64,000 nt of DNA from Planctomycetales bacterium (GCA_022646745.1 CP060262.1:1495149-1559148), one strand, 5' to 3'. Counted from the stretch's first letter, positions 18,605-26,544 are shown. Translations and numbers: made by a program. Notes: generated from the letters alone by a model not told the origin.

Positions 18605-19158
18605 CAGCTCCTGTGCACCCTGTGCCTGTAATCCATTGCCAGCCAGGCAGTGCGTGACAGGTTGAAATAGACCCGGTTGGCATACCTGCCGGCGCTGAAA
18701 TAGCTGGTGGCCTCACAACCCAGTGGCTGCATGCCGCAGAGCTGCAGTCCGCGGATGGCGCGGCTGTGCCCCGCCAGTGTCACCGCGAATATGTTCTCCA
18801 GCGGAAAGTTGTCAAACAGCAGGCAGGCCGCCAGCAGCTTTGCCTCAACGCCGTAGCCCCGGCGGCGGTGTCCTTCGAGCACATGCGTGCCCAGCCAGGC
18901 ACCGAGCCGATGCGGATGGATGTTCTCCTCGCCAACGAGCCGTCCCGTGCTGATTTCCTCGATTGCCATGCAGTATTCCTTCTGCTCATTCATTCCGCTG
19001 TAGTCATTGAACAGCGGACGATTCTGCTGCACGCTCTCGAACCAGGGACCCCAGTGCTCGCCGGGCTCATCAATGCCGATGCAGGCCAGGCTGTCCCATT
19101 CCGCGAGATCCCGGAATGGCCTGATCCTGACCTGTGGTCCTGTGTAGGTTGTGTACAT
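18604..19158 (-). CDS. GNAT family N-acetyltransferase, RimL/RimJ-like (array member 4)
   Basis: MYTTYTGPQVRIRPFRD. RRGYGVEAKLL. C-terminus WLAMDYRHRVHRS. SD GAGGAG with 6-nt spacing. Stop overlaps the member 3 start as TGATG. Confidence 0.8.
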   Translation of the reverse strand: MYTTYTGPQVRIRPFRDLAEWDSLACIGIDEPGEHWGPWFESVQQNRPLFNDYSGMNEQKEYCMAIEEISTGRLVGEENIHPHRLGAWLGTHVLEGHRRRGYGVEAKLLAACLLFDNFPLENIFAVTLAGHSRAIRGLQLCGMQPLGCEATSYFSAGRYANRVYFNLSRTAWLAMDYRHRVHRS

Positions 19159-19160
19159 GC

Positions 19161-19715
19161 TCAGCTCCTCTGCACCCTGTGGCGGTAGTCCATCGCCTCC
19201 CATTCACTGCGCAGCAGCTGGAAGTACACCGTGTCAACAAAGTGTCCTCGTACAAAATGGGATAAGCGGGTTCTGCCGACCTGCCGGAAGCCGACGGCCT
19301 CAAGGCCGGCGCGGCTGCGGCTGTGAACCGCCGTGGTATCGGACCATAGGGACTCGACCGGGAAGTTCTCAAACAGGAAGCAGAATGCCAGCAGCTTGGC
19401 CTCGCGCCCGAAGCCCTGGCTCATCTGCGCAGGAACAATGCCCGTCGCCGGGAAGGCGGATAGTTGCCAGCGGCCGATGCCGCAGTATTCCAGCCCGACG
19501 AATTCGCCGTTGTCAGTGCGCTCGATCGCGAAGGCGAAACTGTCCATTGAGATGGACAAGCGCTGCCACTCCGACGCGCTGCGCGCCGCCACATCCCACT
19601 GGATGCCGAGGTGCTCGTTGGGCGAGACCGCGTAGTTGCGTACATAGCCGGAGAACTCCGCCTCGCTGGCGAAGGGCCTGATCCGTACCTTCTCTCCTGT
19701 GTAAGTCGTATACAT
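19161..19715 (-). CDS. GNAT family N-acetyltransferase, RimL/RimJ-like (array member 5)
   Basis: MYTTYTGEKVRIRPFAS. GFGREAKLL. C-terminus WEAMDYRHRVQRS. SD AGGAG with 6-nt spacing to ATG 19715 (the track starts at TTG 19721). Confidence 0.8.
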   Translation of the reverse strand: MYTTYTGEKVRIRPFASEAEFSGYVRNYAVSPNEHLGIQWDVAARSASEWQRLSISMDSFAFAIERTDNGEFVGLEYCGIGRWQLSAFPATGIVPAQMSQGFGREAKLLAFCFLFENFPVESLWSDTTAVHSRSRAGLEAVGFRQVGRTRLSHFVRGHFVDTVYFQLLRSEWEAMDYRHRVQRS

Positions 19716-19717
19716 GT

Positions 19718-20272
19718 TCAACTCCTGGCAACTCCGTGCCGGTAATCCATCCGTTCCCAGTCCTTACGCAGCAGCTGGTACCAGACCTGGCCCTCGTTCT
19801 CCCCCTGCGATGGGAAGGCACAGGCCAGGATCCCGGCGAAGCGGTAGCCGATCGCCTCCAGCCCGGCGATCGCGCGGCTGTGCGTTGCCACCGTGTCAGA
19901 CCACAGTGACTCAATCGGGAAATTCTCGAACAGGTGGCAACTGGCCAGCAGCTTGGCTTCACGGCCGAAGCCGTTGTGCCAGTGCCGCTCCAGCAGTCCG
20001 GTGCCGGTGAAGCCGCTGAGTTGCCAGCGGCCCAGCCCGCAGGTGATCACACCAGCCAGCTCCCCCGAGTCCAGCCTGTCAACCGCAAAGCGGCAGACCG
20101 TATCCTCGGTCGGGAACAGATTCCAGACCTGCAAGGCTGAATTGGCAAAGTACCACTGCGGCCCGCGGTGGGCATTCGGCACCACTGCGTAATCGCGCGT
20201 GAAGCCGGCCCATTCCGCTTCCGAGGCGAATGGCCTGATGCGCACCAGTTGTCCCGTATATGTCGTGAACAT
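19718..20272 (-). CDS. GNAT family N-acetyltransferase, RimL/RimJ-like (array member 6)
   Basis: MFTTYTGQLVRIRPFAS. GFGREAKLL. C-terminus WERMDYRHGVARS. Confidence 0.8.
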   Translation of the reverse strand: MFTTYTGQLVRIRPFASEAEWAGFTRDYAVVPNAHRGPQWYFANSALQVWNLFPTEDTVCRFAVDRLDSGELAGVITCGLGRWQLSGFTGTGLLERHWHNGFGREAKLLASCHLFENFPIESLWSDTVATHSRAIAGLEAIGYRFAGILACAFPSQGENEGQVWYQLLRKDWERMDYRHGVARS

Positions 20273-20274
20273 TG

Positions 20275-20829
20275 TCAGCCTCGCCTGACGCTCTGCCTGA
20301 TCGGGAGCTTCTCCCAGTCCTCCCGCATGATCTGGTACTTCACCCTGGCAACCCGCGTGCCCCTGAAGCGGAATGAACAGGGGATCGTGCCGACATGCCT
20401 GAAGCCCAGCGCTTCCAGCCCGGCCCGCGCCCGGGTGTGTACCGAAAGGGTGTCGGCCCAGACGGACTCAATCGCGAAGTTCTCGAACAGGTGGCACATT
20501 GACAGCAGCTTGGCCTCGCGGCCGAAACCCAGGTGCCAGTGCTCCCGCAGGATCTCCGTGCCGACGCTGGCCGCCAGCTGGTAGGTGCCGAGCACCGCAC
20601 TGACCCAGCCGATGGCCTCACCGCTGTCCCGCCGTTCGATGCAGAAGCGTTCGGCGGCATCATGCGTGATCGAATTGCCAAAGCGCTTGCGGCTCTTGAT
20701 CGCGCGGTGCCAGTCGTCACCCCAGAAGTCACTGAGGGTGATGAACTGGCGGCTGGAGAACTTCCACAGCTCATCCGCATCCCGGAAGGGACGCAGCCTG
20801 ACCTGCTCACCTGTGTAGACAACATGCAT
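20275..20829 (-). CDS. GNAT family N-acetyltransferase, RimL/RimJ-like (array member 7)
   Basis: MHVVYTGEQVRLRPFRD. GFGREAKLL. C-terminus WEKLPIRQSVRRG. SD GGAG with 6-nt spacing. Confidence 0.8.
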   Translation of the reverse strand: MHVVYTGEQVRLRPFRDADELWKFSSRQFITLSDFWGDDWHRAIKSRKRFGNSITHDAAERFCIERRDSGEAIGWVSAVLGTYQLAASVGTEILREHWHLGFGREAKLLSMCHLFENFAIESVWADTLSVHTRARAGLEALGFRHVGTIPCSFRFRGTRVARVKYQIMREDWEKLPIRQSVRRG

Positions 20830-20852
20830 TTCTCACTCCAATAGTGGTTAGT

Positions 20853-20896
20853 AGTCAGTGGTCAGAATTCAGATCACTGACCTCAGACCACTGACT
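20853..20896. repeat. palindromic spacer element (GTCAGTGGTCAGA..TCAGACCACTGACT)
   Basis: Near-perfect 14-bp inverted repeat with a 16-nt loop in the 65-nt gap between array members 7 and 8. Same motif family as the spacers at 22604..22666 and 23224..23288. Confidence 0.6.
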
Positions 20897-21461
20897 ACCG
20901 GCCTCTCACCACTGTCTGCCGGATCGGCATCCTCTCCCAGTCCTCACGCATCACCTGGTACAGCGGCACGGCGACGTTCCTGTCACCATGCCAGTGGATG
21001 CAGCGGTACAGCCCGACCCGACGCATCCCGATAGCCAGCAGTCCGGCCTGGGCGCGGGTGTGCTCCGCCGTGGTATCCGCCCAGACAGTCTGGATCGGGA
21101 AATTCTCGAACAGGTGGCACAGCATCAGGAGCTTGGCCTCACGGCCGAAGCCCCGGCTCCAGTGCCGCCGGTCCACCACGGTGCCGAGCCATGTTGCCAG
21201 CCGGCCCGCCGGCGGCACACCGAAGCTTTCGATGCCGACACACTCTCCGGTGTCAAGCCGCTCGATTGCCAGGCTGTTCTCGCCCTTGTCATCCAGCAGT
21301 TCGCCGTCACTGAACTCGCGGTCAAGCTGGCTGGCAACTGTATGGTACGGCCCCCAGAAATCACTGTATGTGAACTCACGGGAGGCCTGCAGCTGCTGCC
21401 ATTCCTGCAGGTCCCTCACAGGACGCAGCCTGACCAGTTCGCCTGTATAGACATGGTTCAT
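20895..21461 (-). CDS. GNAT family N-acetyltransferase, RimL/RimJ-like (array member 8)
   Basis: MNHVYTGELVRLRPVRD. GFGREAKLL. C-terminus WERMPIRQTVVRGR. SD GGAGAGGA. Confidence 0.8.
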   Translation of the reverse strand: MNHVYTGELVRLRPVRDLQEWQQLQASREFTYSDFWGPYHTVASQLDREFSDGELLDDKGENSLAIERLDTGECVGIESFGVPPAGRLATWLGTVVDRRHWSRGFGREAKLLMLCHLFENFPIQTVWADTTAEHTRAQAGLLAIGMRRVGLYRCIHWHGDRNVAVPLYQVMREDWERMPIRQTVVRGR

Positions 21462-22021
21462 CAGTTTCCTCTCCTGACTGTCTGCCTGATCGGCATTGCT
21501 TCCCAGTCACTGCGCATCAGCTGGTAGTCCAGGATGTCAACATACTTCCCGTGCCAGTGGTAATGCCGCAGGCCGCCGGCCAGCCGGAATCCACAGGCCA
21601 GCAGTCCGCGTGATGCGGGCTCATGCTCGCCGGTGGTGCCGGCCCATACCGACTGCAGCGGGTAGTTCTCGAACAGGTGGCACAGCTTCAGCAGCTTCGC
21701 CTCCCGCCCCAGGCCGTGGCCCCAGCGTGACTCGAGCACGAATGTTGCCAGCCAGCAGGACAGCTCACCGGCCGAGGGCGTGCCATGCAGCGCCACACCT
21801 GCCACCACACCGTCACTGAGGTCCTCGATCGCATGGCAGGCTTCCTCGCCGCCGAGCAGGCCGTCAGCCTCGAATGCCTGCCTGAGCGCTGGTTCGCTAC
21901 TGTGCCAGGGACCCCAGAATGCATTCATGTGCAGGTCACGCTGGCCCTGCAGCTGCATGTACTCATCAAGGTCCCTGAACGGACGCAGCCGCACTCGCTC
22001 GCCTGTGTAGACGACATGCAT
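21461..22021 (-). CDS. GNAT family N-acetyltransferase, RimL/RimJ-like (array member 9)
   Basis: MHVVYTGERVRLRPFRD. GLGREAKLL. C-terminus WEAMPIRQTVRRGN. ATG 22021 has SD GAGG at 6 nt. The track extends to an alternative upstream start at 22066. Confidence 0.8.
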   Translation of the reverse strand: MHVVYTGERVRLRPFRDLDEYMQLQGQRDLHMNAFWGPWHSSEPALRQAFEADGLLGGEEACHAIEDLSDGVVAGVALHGTPSAGELSCWLATFVLESRWGHGLGREAKLLKLCHLFENYPLQSVWAGTTGEHEPASRGLLACGFRLAGGLRHYHWHGKYVDILDYQLMRSDWEAMPIRQTVRRGN

Positions 22022-22587
22022 CAGTGGCCTCGCTTCACAGATTGCCTGATTGGCAATTGTTCCCATTCATCGCGCAGGATCCTGTAGCAGGGCGATGGCA
22101 ACAGCCTGCCGCCTTTGTACAGGTAGCCGTAATGCTTTCCGGCCAGCTTCAGCCCACAGGCCTCCAGCCCGGCCTTGGCCCGGCTGTGTTCATCAGTCGT
22201 ATCTGACCAGACGCATTCGATCGGGTAGTTCTCGAACAGGTAGCAGAGGTTCAGGAGCTTGGCCTCGCGGCCAAAGCCCTTGCCCCAGTGCTCCCGCGCA
22301 ATGATCGTGCCGAGCCAGGTGTTCGTGCGCGCCGGATTCATCGCGCCGTACTCCTCGAAGCCGACGGCCTCGCCCGTGTCCAGCCGCTCAATCGCGAAGC
22401 AGGAATACTCGTCCGTTGACAGCATCCCGCCTGGCTCAAACTCCTTCTTCTTCTGGGCTTCAGCCCAGTGCCAGTCACCCCAGAACTCGTTGAAGTTGCT
22501 TTCCAGGGCACCCTGCACCTTCATCCATTCATCGAGGTCCCGAAAGGGCCTGATGCGGGTACGCTCACCCGTGTAAACGACTTGCAT
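22021..22587 (-). CDS. GNAT family N-acetyltransferase, RimL/RimJ-like (array member 10)
   Basis: MQVVYTGERTRIRPFRD. GFGREAKLL. C-terminus WEQLPIRQSVKRGH. Stop overlaps the member 9 start as TGATG. Confidence 0.8.
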   Translation of the reverse strand: MQVVYTGERTRIRPFRDLDEWMKVQGALESNFNEFWGDWHWAEAQKKKEFEPGGMLSTDEYSCFAIERLDTGEAVGFEEYGAMNPARTNTWLGTIIAREHWGKGFGREAKLLNLCYLFENYPIECVWSDTTDEHSRAKAGLEACGLKLAGKHYGYLYKGGRLLPSPCYRILRDEWEQLPIRQSVKRGH

Positions 22588-22603
22588 TTCAATACCTCAG
22601 TTG

Positions 22604-22666
22604 ACAGTGGTCAGTGGTCGGTGGTCAGAAATAAGAGGATCTGGCTTCTGACCACTGCCTACTGAC
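22604..22666. repeat. palindromic spacer element with GTGGTC(A/G) iterations
   Basis: cagtggtcagtggtcggtggtcagaa then a 15-nt loop then ttctgaccactgcctactgactac. Lies between array members 10 and 11. Confidence 0.6.
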
Positions 22667-23204
22667 TACTCTCCATCCATTCCTGCCGCGTGATGCCGCA
22701 GTACACGATCCCTGTCCACTCACCGCGCGAGTACCAGTTGACCCGTGTCCGTCCCAGCTCTCGCATCCCGCAGCTCAGCATCCCGCCGATCGCGGCTTCA
22801 TGCTTGGACAGGGTGCCGCCGTAGACCATCTCGACCGGGTAGTTGTCAAACAGCAGCTTCATGGCCAGCAACTTGGCCTCTCGGCCATAGCCCCTGCGCC
22901 AGTATGGCTCAAGGATCATCGTGCCGATCTCGGTGGCGGTGCGGCCTCCCGTCGGGATGCGCAGCACCTCGTAGCCGACCAGCTCCTTCCCGGCCAGGCT
23001 CTCGATTGCCAGGAAGGAGAAGTAGTGCGATTCGTCCAGCATGCCGAAGCGGGCCCAGTCCTGTTCCAGTGCGGACAGCCCGACCCAGCCATAGCCCCAC
23101 CAGTCGTCACGCTGCATCCACAGTTCATGGTTGAGCTGTGCATACTCGACCGCGCTGGCAAAGGGCCTGAGCCGGACCAGACTGCCTTCGATTGTCATTT
23201 GCAA
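22659..23204 (-). CDS. GNAT family N-acetyltransferase, RimL/RimJ-like (array member 11, most divergent of the 11)
   Basis: LVRLRPFAS. RRGYGREAKLL. LFDNYP. Probable TTG start at 23204 with SD GGAG at 7 nt. The first ATG at 23198 has poor SD spacing. Confidence 0.7.
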   Translation of the reverse strand: MQMTIEGSLVRLRPFASAVEYAQLNHELWMQRDDWWGYGWVGLSALEQDWARFGMLDESHYFSFLAIESLAGKELVGYEVLRIPTGGRTATEIGTMILEPYWRRGYGREAKLLAMKLLFDNYPVEMVYGGTLSKHEAAIGGMLSCGMRELGRTRVNWYSRGEWTGIVYCGITRQEWMESSQ

Positions 23205-23223
23205 ATCAGTGCTCCTTCGGAGC

Positions 23224-23288
23224 GGTCAGTGGTCGGTAGTCAGAAGTCAGATCAATTCATCTGCTTTAATCTGACCACTGACCACTGA
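23224..23288. repeat. palindromic spacer element (GGTCAGTGGTCGGTAGTCAGA..TCTGACCACTGACCACTGAC)
   Basis: Inverted repeat between array member 11 and the 12th GNAT gene. Confidence 0.6.
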
Positions 23289-23870
23289 CTACTTCCCGGC
23301 GAATTCCCGCCGCTGCTGCTCGGCCAGTTCGCGGTAGGCCGGTGCGATCCAGCCGTAGTGGTGCACCGCCACCGGTTCACCGAGCCACATCTGCATGCGC
23401 TCGAACACAACCTCCAGCTCATAGCCGCAGTCCTTCAGCCAGCCGGCCTTGGCGGCCTCCGGTTCGATGATCTCGCAGCCGATCCTGACGGGGTCGTGCC
23501 AGTCCATCATCAGCGACTCATAGGCCTTCAGGATGTCCATGCCGACTGCGTCGCGGTCAGCGATGTTGTCATCGACATGCACCGTGATCCAGTAGACCCG
23601 GTTCTGCCCGCGCTGCACGAGGAAGCCGACCACACCGCCGGCCTTGCGCACGGCGACGTAGTACTTCTCGCCGCTGCCCCACAGGCCGGGGTCCTTCTCG
23701 TCCTCGAACTTCTTCTTCAGCCGCTGCAGTGTCCAGGGCGTCGGCTTGCGTTCGCAGGGGTTCTGCGCCATCAGCGGTGCCAGCTGCTCGAGGTCCTTCT
23801 CGAGCACGGGGCGCAGCACGATATGCTCGCCCTCCACGAAACCGCGTTCGGTACTTGCGTTGTCAGTCAT
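23289..23870 (-). CDS. GNAT family N-acetyltransferase (distinct subfamily from the array)
   Basis: GEHIVLRPVLEKDLEQL N-terminal motif. GNAT core. SD AGGAGA with 6-nt spacing. Confidence 0.65.
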   Translation of the reverse strand: MTDNASTERGFVEGEHIVLRPVLEKDLEQLAPLMAQNPCERKPTPWTLQRLKKKFEDEKDPGLWGSGEKYYVAVRKAGGVVGFLVQRGQNRVYWITVHVDDNIADRDAVGMDILKAYESLMMDWHDPVRIGCEIIEPEAAKAGWLKDCGYELEVVFERMQMWLGEPVAVHHYGWIAPAYRELAEQQRREFAGK

Positions 23871-23936
23871 TTCCGTTCTCCTTGTATCCCTGTATGCCCG
23901 GCGTTACATTCCGCCGGCCGTTGTCATTCCAGTTCG

Positions 23937-24884
23937 TCAGGACTTGTCCACGTCCTCTTCGGCACTCAGCCACTCATGTCCCGTCAGTTCCATGAACACT
24001 TCCTCCATGCCCGGAAGCGCATCCCCCTCGGAGGCTTCGCCGCGCTCGATGCGGCGCTTCAGCACCTGCTGCTTCAGTTCCTCGGAGGTGCCGCGGGCCA
24101 CGAAGCGGCCATCCGCCATCAGCGCGATCCGGCCGCACAGCCGCTCCACCTCGTCCATGTCATGGCTGGTGAGCAGTACGGTCGCATCATGCGTGCGCTG
24201 CAGTTCGAGGATGTAGTCCTGCACGTCACGCTTGCTGCGCGGGTCCAGTCCGGTGGTCGGCTCGTCCAGCAGCAGGAGCACCGGGCTCGTCAGCAGCGCG
24301 CGGGCGATTGCCACCTTCTGCTGCATGCCGCGGCTCAGTTCCTGCATGCTGTCCGTCAGCCGCCCTTCCTCAAGGCCGAGCTTCTGCAGGATCTCCTCGG
24401 CGCGCTTCAGCGCTGACCTGTCGTCAACGCCGTACAGCCTGGCCGCATAGAGCAGGTTCTCGTTCGGTGAGAGCTTCTTGAAGAATGCCGCATCCACGCT
24501 CACGCGGTTCAGCAGCCGCTGCACCTGGTAGCTCTGGCGCAGCGGGTCCATCCCGAACACGCGGATGTCGCCTGAGCTCTGCTCCAGCAGTGTGCTGATC
24601 ATGCGGATCAGCGTGCTCTTGCCACTGCCGTTGTGCCCGACCACGCCGAAGATCTCGCCACGCCTGAGCTGCATGCTGATGTTGTCAACAGCCACCTTGC
24701 GCTTCTTCGGCCGGACCAGCAGGCGGCCGAGCCTTGCCAGGCCGCTGACCGGTGTCAGCTCCTTCTTCGGCACATTGACGATGAAGTGCTTGCAGAGGCT
24801 GCGCACATCCAGTGCGTCAGTCGCCGCATCGACCTTCATCAATTCCAGTTCAGGGTGCAGGCCCGGGGCCTTCACTGCGTCCAT
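23937..24884 (-). CDS. ABC transporter ATP-binding protein (ABC-2/DrrA-like)
   Basis: Walker A GHNGSGKST. Signature LSRGMQQK. Walker B LLLLDEP. H-loop TSHD. SD GAGGAGA with 6-nt spacing. Confidence 0.85.
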   Translation of the reverse strand: MDAVKAPGLHPELELMKVDAATDALDVRSLCKHFIVNVPKKELTPVSGLARLGRLLVRPKKRKVAVDNISMQLRRGEIFGVVGHNGSGKSTLIRMISTLLEQSSGDIRVFGMDPLRQSYQVQRLLNRVSVDAAFFKKLSPNENLLYAARLYGVDDRSALKRAEEILQKLGLEEGRLTDSMQELSRGMQQKVAIARALLTSPVLLLLDEPTTGLDPRSKRDVQDYILELQRTHDATVLLTSHDMDEVERLCGRIALMADGRFVARGTSEELKQQVLKRRIERGEASEGDALPGMEEVFMELTGHEWLSAEEDVDKS

Positions 24885-24902
24885 TTCCCATCTCCTCGGG
24901 GT

Positions 24903-25724
24903 TCAGTCCCCGCTGCCCCTGCGGCAGCTGTATATCAGTTCGCCCCTGCGCTCGGCAAGCGGGCTGCGCTCATAGTCACTGTAGACGGCCTCGATCTCGA
25001 GGCCGCTTCCCTCAAGCAGCAGTTCGGCCTCATTGTGCATCATCCAGCGCATGCGGAACTGCTCCTCGTCGTTGTCAACCACGCGCCCCTTGCCGTCTAG
25101 CCGCTCGAAGCGCATGCTGACATCGTGTACCTGGCTGCGTGCATCCGCGAGGATCCTCGTGTAGCGACGCAGCAGCCCGCCGTCCTCCGTCTCCGTCTCG
25201 AGGTCCTGGCGCCAGGTGCTGCACGCCTCCGCCATCCTGGCAATGAAAGCCAGGTTGGGATCGAACAGGTCAAACACCAGCCGGCCGTCCTCGCGCAGGT
25301 GCCGCCGCACGGCCGCGAGGCAGCTGTGCTGCTCATCACGGCTGATCAGGTGCATGAAAGCGCGGAACGGAATGATCACCAGGTCGTAGCGTGCGTCGAG
25401 TTCAAAGTCCGCCATGCTGCCCTGCACCACGTGCAGGCGCTGTTGCACAGGCTGTTCCTCAGCCGAGAGCTTTGCGCGGAGCTGAGCCAGCATGGAGCTG
25501 CTCAGGTCAAGGCCCGTCACATTGTGGCCATTGCAGGCCAGCGGGATGCTCACGCGTCCCGTGCCGCAGCCCAGCTCAAGGATGTCCATCGCGGGCCGCC
25601 CGGGCAGTGACAGCCAGAACTGCAGGTCCACCGCATCGCGGAAACCGTACAGTTCGTCATACCAGCGTGCCATGCCGCGGTAGCATTCCTCGTTGTCAGA
25701 AAGTATTCCTGCAGTGATGTCCAT
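24903..25724 (-). CDS. class I SAM-dependent methyltransferase
   Basis: Motif I ILELGCGTGRVS. Acidic loop VTGLDLS. ATG 25724 with SD AGGAG at 6 nt (the track extends to 25793). Confidence 0.8.
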   Translation of the reverse strand: MDITAGILSDNEECYRGMARWYDELYGFRDAVDLQFWLSLPGRPAMDILELGCGTGRVSIPLACNGHNVTGLDLSSSMLAQLRAKLSAEEQPVQQRLHVVQGSMADFELDARYDLVIIPFRAFMHLISRDEQHSCLAAVRRHLREDGRLVFDLFDPNLAFIARMAEACSTWRQDLETETEDGGLLRRYTRILADARSQVHDVSMRFERLDGKGRVVDNDEEQFRMRWMMHNEAELLLEGSGLEIEAVYSDYERSPLAERRGELIYSCRRGSGD

Positions 25725-25835
25725 TGCGTACTCCTGTGCTGTCGGGAGGGACCGGCCAGGTTCTTTGCTGGATGCATGCGTGCACGTGTGCATGCGGGCC
25801 GGTCGGTACTTGCCAGTCTGGGGAAGGGGGGGCCG

Positions 25836-25860
25836 CTTGAGTCAGTCAGACGGACTCAAG
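25836..25860 (-). promoter_or_regulatory. perfect 8-bp stem-loop that overlaps the stop codon of the upstream sORF (candidate regulatory or attenuator hairpin)
   Basis: mRNA sense CTTGAGTC-cgtctgact-GACTCAAG followed by a C-rich tract with no U-tract. The TGA of the sORF lies inside the 5' arm. Confidence 0.4.
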
Positions 25861-25930
25861 AGCAGAAGCAGAACCCAGTGTGGCCGGTACGGATGCGCTT
25901 GCCGTCGAGCGGCTTCCTGATCATGTTCAT
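25856..25930 (-). CDS. candidate small ORF (24 aa, MNMIRKPLDGKRIRTGHTGFCFCS): leader peptide or small-peptide precursor
   Basis: Strong SD GGAGGT 6 nt upstream of the ATG. 17 of 22 codons end in G or C, matching genome bias. Positioned between the sigma-70-like promoter and the methyltransferase. Confidence 0.3.
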   Translation of the reverse strand: MNMIRKPLDGKRIRTGHTGFCFCS

Positions 25931-25982
25931 CTGCGTACCTCCTTTACTGGGATAGGTGCCGCCATTTGGCGGCCAGTGCCGT

Positions 25983-26010
25983 ATTATACCCGGATTGAAT
26001 GAAATGGCAA
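25983..26010 (-). promoter_or_regulatory. sigma-70-type promoter TTGCCA-N16-TATAAT reading into the sORF/MTase/ABC/GNAT unit
   Basis: Minus-strand -35 TTGCCA (plus 26005..26010) and a perfect -10 TATAAT (plus 25983..25988). The predicted 5' UTR contains the GCCGCCA-aat-GGCGGC hairpin at 25958..25973. Confidence 0.4.
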
Positions 26011-26184
26011 GCCCTGCCGGCGGAATAGCCGGGGCAGCGGCCGTGGGCCGACATTATTAGTTTCTGGAAATTCTGGATTTATGCACCGCTGGGGCGGGCA
26101 GGGTGCGCAATAATCGCTGGCGGCGTCAGTCCGGCTGCGCGGCAATCTGGCAACGCGGGGGCAAAGGCTCCCGTGGATGCGTTG

Positions 26185-26433
26185 TCAGCCCGGCAGTTCC
26201 TCGCTGGCCAGGTTGCTCTTGATCTTGCTGAGCATGCGGTTGCGGCATTCCTCCGTGACGGATTCCTGCGCCTCGCAGTTCTTGATCTTGCTGAGCAGCT
26301 TCTCGATCACCTGCTTCTCGCGGGCGCAGTCGCCGCACTTCTCCAGGTGGTCGCGTGTCGCTTCCAGCTCCGCCTCGCTGCTCTCACCGTAGACGAAGTT
26401 GAAAATCACATCCTGAATCTTCTTACAGTCCAT
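26185..26433 (-). CDS. anti-sigma factor, zf-HC2 type (soluble)
   Basis: H-x3-C-x2-C motif HLEKCGDC. Immediately downstream of the ECF sigma gene. Confidence 0.55.
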   Translation of the reverse strand: MDCKKIQDVIFNFVYGESSEAELEATRDHLEKCGDCAREKQVIEKLLSKIKNCEAQESVTEECRNRMLSKIKSNLASEELPG

Positions 26434-26544
26434 CGCAATCGTCCTTCTTCAGGCCGGAGAAATTGCCAATGTGCATCTCCCGCCTCGCTCCAGCCTGACC
26501 ATCCAGCATTTCCCGCATCCCATGACAAGCCCCGTCCATCGCGC

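Noticed and set aside
20830-23288. Possibility that the repeated spacers inside the GNAT array are a CRISPR array.
   Set aside because: They number only three, are palindromic and variable in length and sequence, and lie between complete genes rather than flanking short unique spacers. No cas genes are present.
25693-25920. 75-aa plus-strand ORF overlapping the methyltransferase 5' end and the sORF region.
   Set aside because: It has no SD and poor codon bias, and it lies antisense to a promoter, SD and sORF arrangement that is much better supported on the minus strand.
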